From IMG/VR virus record IMGVR_UViG_3300025682_000004: DNA of 57,667 nucleotides; one strand, written 5' to 3'. Below, in pieces: positions 9,644-19,711 of this stretch. The notes below the pieces were generated by a model, which did not search any database, was not told where the DNA came from, and was given only the letters and a program-made list of their open reading frames with translations. Source of the DNA: a virus. Lineage: Duplodnaviria; Heunggongvirae; Uroviricota; Caudoviricetes. The stretch's first letter is position 1. Each line of letters opens with the position of its first letter. The position numbers and the translations under genes are program-made.

Positions 9644-10084
9644 ATGGAAACGAATAAAACCTTAAAAGAAGTATATAAAAATTCATCTGATGAAGTCAGA
9701 GAAATCTTAAGAACTAAATTTTCAAATGAAGAATTAGGAATTAAAAACATTGAAGAAGAAATTAAAAATGAATTTCTTGAAATATTATGAAAATATTCTA
9801 AAAATATAAGATTTTTAGATTCTGTTGGAATAATAACCAATTTACCATCACCACGATTTGAAATTTTAAATGAAAATGATGAATGGTTATTTGATATTTC
9901 ATATGAAGAAAATAATAAACATTTTTTGTATAGTCAAAAAAGAATTCTTAATTTTTTTGAAAAGAAATATAATTATAATTTTTTAATGGATAATACAATA
10001 ATTAAATCAATAATAAATGATTATTTGAATTTAAAAGAAATTAAACCTGCTAGTAGTTTAAAATATCATTATGATTGTGGTTAA
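9644..10084 (+). pseudogene. 147-codon reading frame with one internal TGA
   Basis: METNKTLKE...EFLEIL*KYSKNIRF...HYDCG*; in-frame TGA at 9788-9790. Confidence 0.55.
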
Positions 10085-10096
10085 TAATAAATTATC

Positions 10097-10336
10097 ATGA
10101 AAATATACATAAAATATAAATATTTTGGATTGGGATTTTACTTTGCAAAAGTTAATGCAGATTTAGGATATAAATATTTTTTTAATATTCAATTACTATT
10201 TTGGAGAATACACGGTTATTTTATAAAATCAAAATTTTGTGCATATGAAATGACAATTGATGATGATTGGATATCTAAAAAAATAAAAAAGTATGATAAA
10301 ACAATAAATGAATATACCAATAAAATAAAAAAATAA
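10097..10336 (+). CDS. hypothetical protein
   Basis: 79 aa ORF. Confidence 0.55.
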   Translation: MKIYIKYKYFGLGFYFAKVNADLGYKYFFNIQLLFWRIHGYFIKSKFCAYEMTIDDDWISKKIKKYDKTINEYTNKIKK

Positions 10337-10527
10337 TGTTAGGCTTAAAAGATAAAATAGAATTAAGAATAAAAGAACTTGAAAAAAATATTACAGTCAA
10401 TTATCATCATCATATGCCGAATCTTTATCTTGGTCAAATCATTTTCAAGAAAAAAATTTGCTTATCTAAAATCTGATGACTAAAAAAGTAGAATAAATGA
10501 ACTTAAACCATTAATAAATATAATATA

Positions 10528-10803
10528 ATGAAATGGATAAAAATAACATCAAAAACTAATAAACTTGAAAAAAATAATATTTATTGGGTTATGAATGATA
10601 ATAACATGCATTTAGCATATTATGATAATCAAGGTAAATGGTTTAATTGTCCACTATTTTTTAATGAAAATGGAAAAATATTTCCATATGATATTGGTTA
10701 TGAATTAAAAAATGTTACTCATTGGCAACCAATACCAAAACCTATTAATAAACCAAAAAATTATAATTTTTTATCATCATCTCTAGAAAACAATGGTTGG
10801 TAG
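10528..10803 (+). CDS. DUF551-like phage protein
   Basis: MKWIKI...VTHWQPIPKP signature. Confidence 0.7.
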   Translation: MKWIKITSKTNKLEKNNIYWVMNDNNMHLAYYDNQGKWFNCPLFFNENGKIFPYDIGYELKNVTHWQPIPKPINKPKNYNFLSSSLENNGW

Positions 10804-10827
10804 TTTTATTATTAATAAAATAAATCT

Positions 10828-11019
10828 ATGAGTAGATATATTGGAAAAAGAGTTTTTTATCATTGTGATTATTGTAATAAACCTTTTACAATAAATAAAA
10901 ATTGTGTGGATGATTGGAAATATTCTGATAATATTTTCTGTAGTAGAAAATGCTATGAACGTTTTAAAAATTTAATCCATAAAAACAAAGAAAATGAAAA
11001 CACAACAAAGAGTTTATGA
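10828..11019 (+). CDS. small Cys-rich zinc-binding protein
   Basis: CDYC...FCSRKC. Confidence 0.6.
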   Translation: MSRYIGKRVFYHCDYCNKPFTINKNCVDDWKYSDNIFCSRKCYERFKNLIHKNKENENTTKSL

Positions 11020-11200
11020 AATTAGTGGATATGCTTGGGGTGGTTTTAAAAACCAAAAACTATTAAAATTTATTACAGCATCCACAAAAAAAGAAGCAAT
11101 TAAGAAATCAGGATTCCTTAATGTATCTTTTGCTAAATGGAGAAAGGATATTAATCCCAATGATAAAATATTATCCACAATGTACAACATGAATTATTAA
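10994..11200 (+). CDS. hypothetical protein
   Basis: 68 aa ORF. Confidence 0.55.
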   Translation: MKTQQRVYEISGYAWGGFKNQKLLKFITASTKKEAIKKSGFLNVSFAKWRKDINPNDKILSTMYNMNY

Positions 11201-11215
11201 TTAATAAACATAATC

Positions 11216-11596
11216 ATGGAAAAAGAAATTATATTTAGAATACATCTTCAACATGTATTTACTGGTAAAATAATATTTAAAGAATTTACATATGGTGAAA
11301 TATTTTCTGGTAATGCAATTCGTATTCTAAAAAATATATATTTTAAATATTATGTAATTGGTAAAAGTGAATTTACGGGAAGATATGATTCAAAAGGTAA
11401 TAGAATATATGAAAATGATATCATCGATTTCGATGAAAAAGAATGGGGTAGTAATTCACACTTTCATATCGTAACTTGGGATAATAAAGAATCTAAATGG
11501 TGTTTTGGTGGTGGAACAGCATCTGACATGCATTATAGAACTGTAATTGGAAATAAATTTGATAATCCTGAACTTTGGAATAGTTTAATTCATTGA
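11216..11596 (+). CDS. YopX family protein
   Basis: FTGRYDSKGNRIYENDII...VIGNKFDNPEL. Confidence 0.85.
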   Translation: MEKEIIFRIHLQHVFTGKIIFKEFTYGEIFSGNAIRILKNIYFKYYVIGKSEFTGRYDSKGNRIYENDIIDFDEKEWGSNSHFHIVTWDNKESKWCFGGGTASDMHYRTVIGNKFDNPELWNSLIH

Positions 11597-11599
11597 AAT

Positions 11600-11887
11600 A
11601 TGGAAGACTTTAAAATAGATTTTAGTGATTTAGAAAATGTTATAAATAATTTAACTTCTAATCATAATAAAAAAATGAAAAAAGAAAATACAGAAAAACA
11701 ACAAAAAGAAGTTTTCAATAAACTAAATGAAATAAGAGAAATTGCCTTAAAATATTCTAAATTAATACTAGAAGAAGCAGGTATATCAAAAGAAAATAAT
11801 CCATACTATTCCATTCGTCTATATGAAATGCAATTTAAAATATATAGCGAATTAAAACTATGCTTTTATATTAACACAGAAGAATAA
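11600..11887 (+). CDS. hypothetical protein
   Basis: 95 aa ORF. Confidence 0.55.
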   Translation: MEDFKIDFSDLENVINNLTSNHNKKMKKENTEKQQKEVFNKLNEIREIALKYSKLILEEAGISKENNPYYSIRLYEMQFKIYSELKLCFYINTEE

Positions 11888-11896
11888 TATTAAAAT

Positions 11897-12319
11897 ATGA
11901 AAAATAAATTCAAAAATTTATATGATGAATTTAAACCAGAAGTAATTGATGAAGTTTTTAATGAATTATTTAATGATTTAAATAAAAACAAATCAAATGA
12001 TACTATTATAATGAATCAAAATGAATATTTCAATAAAACAAAATCATTACTAACTAAAATTTATACATACTATTCACAAGGATGGAAACATATACCATTT
12101 AAAGAAAATGAATACCCAGATGAAAAAATATGTGATGAATGTACAGGTTCTAATTCATTCATTAATGATAATAATGAAACTATAGAATGTATACAAAATA
12201 GAGAAGAAGGAGAATGCTACTATTTCTATTGTGATTATGAAGAAATAGGTTTTAATCTACAAAATTGTATTAATGATATTTTAAATCTACTTTTAGTTGA
12301 TGAAATTAATAATGAATAA
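11897..12319 (+). CDS. hypothetical protein
   Basis: 140 aa ORF with four clustered Cys. Confidence 0.6.
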   Translation: MKNKFKNLYDEFKPEVIDEVFNELFNDLNKNKSNDTIIMNQNEYFNKTKSLLTKIYTYYSQGWKHIPFKENEYPDEKICDECTGSNSFINDNNETIECIQNREEGECYYFYCDYEEIGFNLQNCINDILNLLLVDEINNE

Positions 12320-12386
12320 ATATTTTTAAATAATTTAAATTTATACTATTTTTGTTATAATAATATGTATTATCTAACTAACAACA

Positions 12387-13292
12387 ATGTACAACATGGA
12401 AACAATTACATTTAATGAATTAATGATTGAACTTAATATTCGATGGGGAAAAAATTGGTTTAATGAAAAATCTGAAAATTCTGAATTCGAATTTAATTCT
12501 ATATATAATACTAATATTGGATGGGGAATACAAAATATAAATAATAATTTTACTATTTGGGGTAAATATGGTAAAATTTATGATAGTGGTATTTGGGAAA
12601 TTCGTAAATTAACTAATAAACCTAAAAAATGGATTCTTGAAAGAAATGAAAAACATCCATTATGGAAATCTTTTGAATTATGGTTTAAAAATAAATTTGA
12701 ATATATTCCAAAATATAAATATCAAACTTCTGATGGATTAGAAACTGATATTATTAATGGAATAGAAAATGAATATATAAACTACCAATATATTACCCTA
12801 AATCAATGGAAAAAATTCTTTCAACCAAACAATGTGGATTTATCAATTATTAATGATACTGATTGGTTTTATATTAAAACAAAATATAGTGAATGGCTGG
12901 CTAAAGGAAATATAATTAAAAAAAATATAGATAATGCAATACATTATTCCATAAAACAAAATTTATTACATGAAAATGTAAATTTCTTAACATCTTCTAT
13001 TGATATCATAGAATTACGATTGGCTACCAATGATGAAATAAAAAATCTATATGATTTATATCCTAAACTAAAACCAATAGAAAATAAACCAATAAAAGGT
13101 GAACTATATATATTTAAAAATACATTGGATGCCAAAGGATATATTGCTGAATATGCACTTACAAACCCTCATAACCAATATGTAGATGCTAATGGTGCTT
13201 CATGGAACTATTGCTTCCCATTATCCAATGAATTAAAAATTAATCTGAAAAAAGAAATAAATGATACAATAAAAAATAAAAACTATATTTAA
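12387..13292 (+). CDS. hypothetical protein, paralog of 17711-18622
   Basis: Shared segments TFNELMIEL..RWG/SFIEIISEL..RFG and QYITLNQW/QYITLEQW. Confidence 0.65.
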   Translation: MYNMETITFNELMIELNIRWGKNWFNEKSENSEFEFNSIYNTNIGWGIQNINNNFTIWGKYGKIYDSGIWEIRKLTNKPKKWILERNEKHPLWKSFELWFKNKFEYIPKYKYQTSDGLETDIINGIENEYINYQYITLNQWKKFFQPNNVDLSIINDTDWFYIKTKYSEWLAKGNIIKKNIDNAIHYSIKQNLLHENVNFLTSSIDIIELRLATNDEIKNLYDLYPKLKPIENKPIKGELYIFKNTLDAKGYIAEYALTNPHNQYVDANGASWNYCFPLSNELKINLKKEINDTIKNKNYI

Positions 13293-13383
13293 AACAATGT
13301 ACATAAAATAATAATATAATCTACTTAATAATTTTAATCTAAATATTAATACCAACCAATGTACATAATAAAAGTTTAAACCT

Positions 13384-13629
13384 ATGAAAAAAATATTTAA
13401 AACACTAATGTACAACAATATCTTTGTTGATGTCAATAAACTTACTAAAGGAATATATGAAACAAATACACCTTTACTATATGAAGAAAATATTACAATG
13501 AATGATATGATTTATACAGTAAAATGTGTCCAAAATATTATTGGTAATGATAGCCTAATAACTGATGAATATTTCGATAACCTTAATAAATGTAAATTAG
13601 TCGATGTTGAATTAACTCTTTTAAATTAA
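13384..13629 (+). CDS. hypothetical protein
   Basis: 81 aa ORF, last of the + strand run. Confidence 0.6.
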   Translation: MKKIFKTLMYNNIFVDVNKLTKGIYETNTPLLYEENITMNDMIYTVKCVQNIIGNDSLITDEYFDNLNKCKLVDVELTLLN

Positions 13630-14475
13630 AAAATATATCATATTCCCATTATTTTTGCAACGAATAATTATTCCATTCAACGCAAAATATGCAAGAAATA
13701 AATTTTATACTAATTAGTATTATACCATTAAGTATATTACAACAATGTACAGCATAAATGTCCAGATATTACCAAATTAATGTCCAAATATTATTATATC
13801 ATCAATATCAATTTAATGTGCTTTAATTATAAATATTTTAAATGTCCAGATTTGATATTCTATAAAATTTAATATTTATAAACTTTTTATAATTTTTTAT
13901 AAAATAACTTTTTAAAAAAATAAAAAGTAAGAGAAGATGTGGGTGTAGGGGCTACAAAAATACCTTTATTTTTAGTGGTAATTTGTGGTAAAAAATGGTA
14001 AAAAATGGAATTTTGTATTTGTCTATATTTAAAGCATTAAGATATTACTGTATATTATACTGATAATCAATTGTATTATTTTTAGTTTAAGTAAGTATAA
14101 TTTATAGTTAATTTAATAATTAATTTCAATAAAAAGTATAATTATAGTACAAAAAAACAGAGATATTTTTTTTATAAAAATAATGATATTATCTTGTCGC
14201 AAATTGCGACCACAAAATCACAATATAATGTTATTTTAATGTAATATCAATGTAATATCTATCATTAAAGAATAAAATCACAATATAATGTTATTTTATT
14301 ATAAAAAACCATTTTCTTGATATCAGGAAAATGGTTTTTATATTTATATTTTGACAAATAGGGAAGTAAAAATAATCCAAATAATGAAGTTTATTTAAAA
14401 TAACTTCTACTATAGTTCTACTGTAGTTCTACGGTAATATAAAAAATAATATTTTAACATGGACAACATGTCCAT
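13630..14475. repeat. non-coding repeat/palindrome-rich region, putative origin (left part)
   Basis: AATGTCC x3 (13757, 13779, 13841); aaaatcacaatataatgttatttta x2; palindrome 14303-14342; ttctac-based 11-nt tandem repeats at about 14405-14436; palindrome taacatggacaacatgtccatgtta. Confidence 0.5.
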
Positions 14476-15607
14476 GTTATATGCAATGCTACGTTATTTC
14501 TTCGTATTAATTTTTGTGGTTATAATCTTTTTGTTTTATTTTTTCTCCCACCGCACAAATATACGAATTAAATTTGGATTATCTTATTTATTTTAATATT
14601 ATCATCATCAAATACCACAATCTCATCTGTTATACCATATCCAGTATCAGCATCTTCAATAATAACAGTATCATACCCTTCAGCATTCATACTTTCGAGC
14701 CAACCTGCTCTACCCCAATTAGTACCGATATTTTCACCTTTCTCACTTATTGTATTACCAAGTCTTATATCACACTCGTAGATATATGCAACACCATTAT
14801 TATCTTTTATTACCGATGCGTAGTAGTTAGCAAATTTTATATCCTTAAAAAAGAAAAAACCATTTTCAGCACCTATCTGACCGCTTGTTTTGGTTTCACC
14901 ATATCTAAATTGTTTAAATTTATTCGGTGATGCATGATAACCTTTTATAGTTTTTTCGTTTTTATTAAATTTAGGTTTCTTATTTGTTTTATTTTGTTGG
15001 TATAATAGCCTAGCCTCGTCCTGTAATTCTTTTGTGTTGTCTAAAATAAATGCCCAATGATTACTACCATAATCTTTATCAGCAATAACAGTTTTATAAG
15101 GTGCATATAATTGAACACCATTTCTATATACATTTTTACCATTAGCATCTTTTACTTCTCTTCCTATAATAATTTCATCACCCTTATTTATTCTTCCATA
15201 ATCTTTAATTAAATTTATATCGTTTAAATAAACATATTCTTCAACAAAATCATTTTCATTCCATTTTCGAGCATTCTTAATGAAATCATTTAATTTGCTT
15301 TTATCAAATTTATAACCATAATCTAATTTATTGCTGTATTCACCAACATCTTCATTCAAAAATTCTCTAATAGTAGTTGCTATAAATTTACGTAGTTTCG
15401 TATCTTTCTCCATATATTTTACTTTATATATAAATATTTAATTTTTAATTTTCCACCCATAAAAATAAAACAAAAAGGTTCGTCTCTCGTATCAACATTT
15501 ATCCAATAAATACGCACTGCATATAACAAGGTGTATAAGAAAGTTTGCTATCAGCAGTTGTGTTAATTTAAAATTTTCTACAAGCAAACCTTCTCATACA
15601 CCCAACC
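14476..15607 (+). mobile_element. solo integron-like gene cassette
   Basis: Starts GTTATATGCAATGC; its reverse complement matches GCACTGCATATAAC (15514-15527) at 13/14; hairpin ends at the next GTT (15608). Confidence 0.8.
14568..15413 (-). CDS. ADP-ribosyltransferase-fold protein (ART-PolyVal-like C-terminal domain)
   Basis: GYHAS..F, GFFF...A.YY, IYECDI, GYDTVII, EIVVFD. Confidence 0.65.
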   Translation of the reverse strand: MEKDTKLRKFIATTIREFLNEDVGEYSNKLDYGYKFDKSKLNDFIKNARKWNENDFVEEYVYLNDINLIKDYGRINKGDEIIIGREVKDANGKNVYRNGVQLYAPYKTVIADKDYGSNHWAFILDNTKELQDEARLLYQQNKTNKKPKFNKNEKTIKGYHASPNKFKQFRYGETKTSGQIGAENGFFFFKDIKFANYYASVIKDNNGVAYIYECDIRLGNTISEKGENIGTNWGRAGWLESMNAEGYDTVIIEDADTGYGITDEIVVFDDDNIKINKIIQI

Positions 15608-15614
15608 GTTAATG
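15514..15614 (+). repeat. attC-like site of the solo cassette
   Basis: TAAC-aaggtgtataagaaagtttgct ... agcaaaccttctcatacacccaacc-GTTA imperfect hairpin. Confidence 0.8.
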
Positions 15615-16160
15615 TCCATGTTAATAAGTTTAATTTCATATTATAATAAAATAAAAAGAAATATTATGTTTTTTTTAGAATAGTATAATTTATATTTTTT
15701 TTTATAAAGTGCAATATATTGCACATTTATTATGATTTTGTTCAAAATAATTAACATTATCAATATAAAGTGCAAGGTAATGCACTTTTATTCTTATTTT
15801 TTTATTATAAAATTAAAATAGTTTTGTTATATAATTATTTTAAATTAATTTGTCAATTAAATCGCAGAAAATAGTTGACATATTAATTATATTTATTTTT
15901 TAATAAGGATAATAAAATTATTAATATTAATATCACAAGAATTATAATTTCTTTTTAGAAAAATATAAATATTCATTTTGCAGGACATCTTACAGGACAT
16001 TTTGTCTTGCAAGATATTTTTTTCTTTCAGAATTATATTTTACGGGACATTTTGTTTCTCTTTCAGAATGATATGATTACCATTGTATATGTCAGTATAT
16101 GTCAGTATCTTTGTATTGTGATTCTCTTTCAGAATGATATGATTATCAGTAATTATCGTT
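15608..16160. repeat. non-coding repeat-rich region, putative origin (right part)
   Basis: GGACAT x3 (15983, 15995, 16045; inverse of ATGTCC); ttctctttcagaatgatatgatta x2; ataaagtgca-based palindromes x2. Confidence 0.45.
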
Positions 16161-16161
16161 T

Positions 16162-16935
16162 TCATTTTTTAAACCCATGTTGTGATTCTTTTTCAGAATT
16201 ATTAGTATATTCACGAAACCATCTGTAAAGCATCTGTGGATATATTCGATGGTCGGCAAAACCATATAAACCACAAGAAAAAAAGTCATGTGCTTCCACT
16301 AAAAAAACTGTGTTAGTGTTTTTATTGATTCCAACATCAAGAGTATATGCGATTGGTGCTGATTTAAAATCAATAATCATTGCTTCAATTGCCATTATAT
16401 TTGGAAATATTTTAAAATCACCGAGATAATGTTGAATCCCCACCAACTTACCATTATAAATAAAACATCTTCTTTGGCTATCAATCCTGATACTTTCAGA
16501 AAATTGATAATTATTCGCTGGTATATAAATGAAGTCATCTTTTGTGTTGCAATTTAATAAACTTATATACTCATTAATTTTATTGTTTGATTTTGCTATC
16601 CAATAGCCATTACGAGGTAAATCTTTTTCTGTACCATTGTATATTTTTCTACCCGCATAATGAAACAATTCTTCTGGTACATTTAATGGTTTGGGAACAA
16701 CGCCATAAAATTGTTCAAGGAATGATGTTACAAATTCAACACTACCAACAGGTACATATTTTTTATGTGCATCATTAAAAATAAAAGTATTTTCGTCTGA
16801 TTTGGTGTTAAAAAACTTATACTTAATTACGTCTTTAGATTTATGATACCATTGTTGATATCGAATGGATTCCATGAGAGTAAACGTGAAATCGTGTCTT
16901 AATTCTTTGTCGATTTTCTGAATTAAAAATTTCAT
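16162..16935 (-). CDS. ATP-grasp domain protein (DUF4343-like)
   Basis: PVGSVEFV, RCFIYNGKLVG, AYTLDVG, LVEAHDFFSCGLYG. Confidence 0.75.
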   Translation of the reverse strand: MKFLIQKIDKELRHDFTFTLMESIRYQQWYHKSKDVIKYKFFNTKSDENTFIFNDAHKKYVPVGSVEFVTSFLEQFYGVVPKPLNVPEELFHYAGRKIYNGTEKDLPRNGYWIAKSNNKINEYISLLNCNTKDDFIYIPANNYQFSESIRIDSQRRCFIYNGKLVGIQHYLGDFKIFPNIMAIEAMIIDFKSAPIAYTLDVGINKNTNTVFLVEAHDFFSCGLYGFADHRIYPQMLYRWFREYTNNSEKESQHGFKK

Positions 16936-17023
16936 ATCATTTAATTAACGTTAATTAAAAAATTCTTTTTCCAATTTATCCAATTCATCAATTGTTTTAA
17001 CAACAACAGAACCACAATAATTG

Positions 17024-17686
17024 TCAAAAATCATAATTTACTTTACATTTAGTTTTTTTAAATACCCAGAAAAATGAATGATATTTTCTGGCATGACGTT
17101 GATTTTTCCATTTATTTTTTGAAAAAGAATTGATTCTATTTTTTGCTAAAAGGACAAATAAATCAATTGGGTAAAATCCTATTTTTTGTGCCATATTCAT
17201 TACAACACAATGAGAGAAATGGTTTTTACCGCTAGAAACAGTATCTTGTGTTTTAAAAACGAGAATACCATCATTTTCTAATAATCTATATGCTTCTTTT
17301 AAAGTACCATAGTAATGGTTTTTTAGTTCTTCAAAACTAAAATATCCTTCAAATCTTTTAGCAATAATACTACTACCATCATCATTATCTTTATATGTTT
17401 TACCAGCGATTACAAATGGTGGGTCAAACATAATACTTTTCATTGATTCATTTTCAAAGGGTAGATTATCACTACTTGCTTTAATCACATCTGGTTTTTG
17501 TGGGTATAAATCTGTTTTATGTTTTGGTTTTGGTAATTTTTTCCAAAAATTTCCAATAGAATAGGTACAATCGAGGTCAAATCTTTCGATATTATAAAGG
17601 GTCATTATATTTTTTATGGTTTCATCATTAGTATATGATATTGATGAAATTGGGATAAAATTAGAATCAGTATTATTTATTTCCAT
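17024..17686 (-). CDS. DNA methyltransferase (N6A/N4C, DPPF), not in a cassette
   Basis: LDCTYSIGNFW and FDPPF motifs, GILVFKTQD. Confidence 0.75.
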   Translation of the reverse strand: MEINNTDSNFIPISSISYTNDETIKNIMTLYNIERFDLDCTYSIGNFWKKLPKPKHKTDLYPQKPDVIKASSDNLPFENESMKSIMFDPPFVIAGKTYKDNDDGSSIIAKRFEGYFSFEELKNHYYGTLKEAYRLLENDGILVFKTQDTVSSGKNHFSHCVVMNMAQKIGFYPIDLFVLLAKNRINSFSKNKWKNQRHARKYHSFFWVFKKTKCKVNYDF

Positions 17687-17710
17687 TTTAAAATTTTTTA
17701 TTATTTTGAA

Positions 17711-18622
17711 TTAAAAATATGTTGGTTTATTTATTTCAGACCAATGAGTAATGTTATTTACATAAGAAATTAAATCTTTATCTATTGTATATTCAATTAT
17801 TTTCCAAGTTTCTTTTAAATCATTTGTAAAACTTCTATATCCCATATATACATTATTTTTATCATCCAATATCCAAACCATTTTTCCAAATTGTGGTAAT
17901 GGTGAATTTTCTTTAAATTCAATCCATTCATTATTTTTTTTGGAGATATTAATGTTAATGTTATCGTTATAAACTAATTTATTTTTATCGTGTTTAAAAT
18001 TACTAATAAAACGATAATCATATATTGGTTTACAATATTTCCATTCATTTCTAACTAAATCAACAAATAATCCATTTTCATTTTTATAATCATATTTTCC
18101 AAGAATTCTAATATCTTCATTTTCATTATTCCAAAAAAGGCATGTTAAATATTTTGTTGGATTAAATATAAATTTATACCACTGTTCAAGGGTAATATAT
18201 TGATGGTTTTTTAATTCATGGAGCAAATTTATAGATGTATTACCATATGGTATATTACAATAAAAATATTTATCGTTTGAATTTTTCACATTCGATTTAA
18301 AATATTCGTTTTCATATATTTCCCACACTGGGTTATTAATATCTTTTTCAACAAACCAATATTGTGGTTGTGTTTTTAATTTACGAGTTGCCCATTTACC
18401 ATTGTAGTAAATCAAACCGTTTTTGTTTGAAATTTTTTGACAATTTTCAGAAAAATTTATTGAAATATCACAATTTCCATTATTCAAAGCATTTGTATGA
18501 AAAATATCATTAAATGGATAATTTTTAATTTCAATTTCACTATTTTTCCAATCATCATTCCAACCAAACCTTGCTTGAAGTTCGGAAATAATTTCAATAA
18601 AACTTACATTATTTTCTTCCAT
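17711..18622 (-). CDS. hypothetical protein with C-terminal DUF551-like domain
   Basis: EWIEFKENSPLP...ITHWSEINKP; paralog of 12387-13292. Confidence 0.6.
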   Translation of the reverse strand: MEENNVSFIEIISELQARFGWNDDWKNSEIEIKNYPFNDIFHTNALNNGNCDISINFSENCQKISNKNGLIYYNGKWATRKLKTQPQYWFVEKDINNPVWEIYENEYFKSNVKNSNDKYFYCNIPYGNTSINLLHELKNHQYITLEQWYKFIFNPTKYLTCLFWNNENEDIRILGKYDYKNENGLFVDLVRNEWKYCKPIYDYRFISNFKHDKNKLVYNDNININISKKNNEWIEFKENSPLPQFGKMVWILDDKNNVYMGYRSFTNDLKETWKIIEYTIDKDLISYVNNITHWSEINKPTYF

Positions 18623-18675
18623 TTTTATTTAAAATTTAGTTATTTAAATTATTCTAACATTTTATACAATAAAAA

Positions 18676-18784
18676 GATTTTTATGCTACCCACACTTCTT
18701 CTGCCCTATTTATCGGATTGGGTTACCATCAACAGAGTTCGGGGTTTATAGGTATTCACCCGACAAGTTTTAAGCATAAAAATC
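18676..18784 (-). ncRNA. candidate structured RNA
   Basis: GC-enriched island closed by a perfect 12-bp stem gatttttatgct/agcataaaaatc; inner tcggg/cccga; cctat/atagg loop complementarity. Confidence 0.4.
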
Positions 18785-18922
18785 AAAAAACAAAAAATGA
18801 TGAATTTAGACATACAAAAGTAATAATATTTTAATATAAACAAAATTTATTTATATAAATTATTAAATTGTGTTGTATAAACAGTTCCAAATACACATCC
18901 TGTTGATTGACCAATTCCATAG

Positions 18923-19711
18923 TTAGTGGCAATACTCAGAAGCCCTCCGAACAGCGACATCATAATATTGTTTTTCCTTTTCTATTCCAATTGACCTTCG
19001 ATTTAATTTGATACAAGCCAAGTTTGTAGTTCCTGAACCCATACAATTATCTAAAACTATATCGCCTTCGTTGGTATAGGTTTTTACAAGATATTCCAAT
19101 AATTCCAATGGTTTTTGGGTTGGGTGCTCTCCTGTTTGCCTTTTTACAAATTGAATTGAAGATGGTACTCTCAATTTTGATACTTTAAATTCTGCACCTT
19201 GAAATAAACCGTAATTTTCGCTTTTTTTATAGTGCTTATTTGTTGCTCCTACACTTTTACTCCCACTACCTTTGCGTTCTTCCATTTGTTTATTATAAGT
19301 CCATTTTTTATTAGCAAACACTAATATATTTTCGTGTTCTTTCATAGGTTCTCGAACTGTATTAGCAAAGTTACTTCCTTTATCTTTTTGCCAAATCCAT
19401 TCGTGCTTGTAGTTTTTAAGGTTACTCATTACTAATGCACTTGTAAAGGGTTGTGAAGAAAATAAAACAATAACTCCGTTTTCTTTTAATACCCTATTAT
19501 ATTCAGCCCAAAGTTTATCTAAAGGCAAAATACTATCCCATTTATTTGCAGTTGTTCCGTAAGGCAAATCGCAAATTATCGCATCAATTGATTTATCCTC
19601 AATAAAAGGAAAAACATCGAAGCAATCAGCGTTCACAAAAATACTGCCACTAACTTCGGCTATATGCAATGCCTTATTTTGTGCTTCGTATTTAAATTTT
19701 TCTATATCCAT
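18923..19711 (-). CDS. beta-class DNA methyltransferase (cassette A)
   Basis: DLPY catalytic motif N-terminal, HPTQKP, LDNCMGSGTT SAM-binding motif C-terminal. Confidence 0.92.
   Translation of the reverse strand: MDIEKFKYEAQNKALHIAEVSGSIFVNADCFDVFPFIEDKSIDAIICDLPYGTTANKWDSILPLDKLWAEYNRVLKENGVIVLFSSQPFTSALVMSNLKNYKHEWIWQKDKGSNFANTVREPMKEHENILVFANKKWTYNKQMEERKGSGSKSVGATNKHYKKSENYGLFQGAEFKVSKLRVPSSIQFVKRQTGEHPTQKPLELLEYLVKTYTNEGDIVLDNCMGSGTTNLACIKLNRRSIGIEKEKQYYDVAVRRASEYCH

Noticed and set aside
9644-10084. Genome-wide stop-codon reassignment
   Set aside because: Long genes are intact in code 11, and TGA and TAG end genes at plausible termini (e.g. 11596, 10803, 46187)
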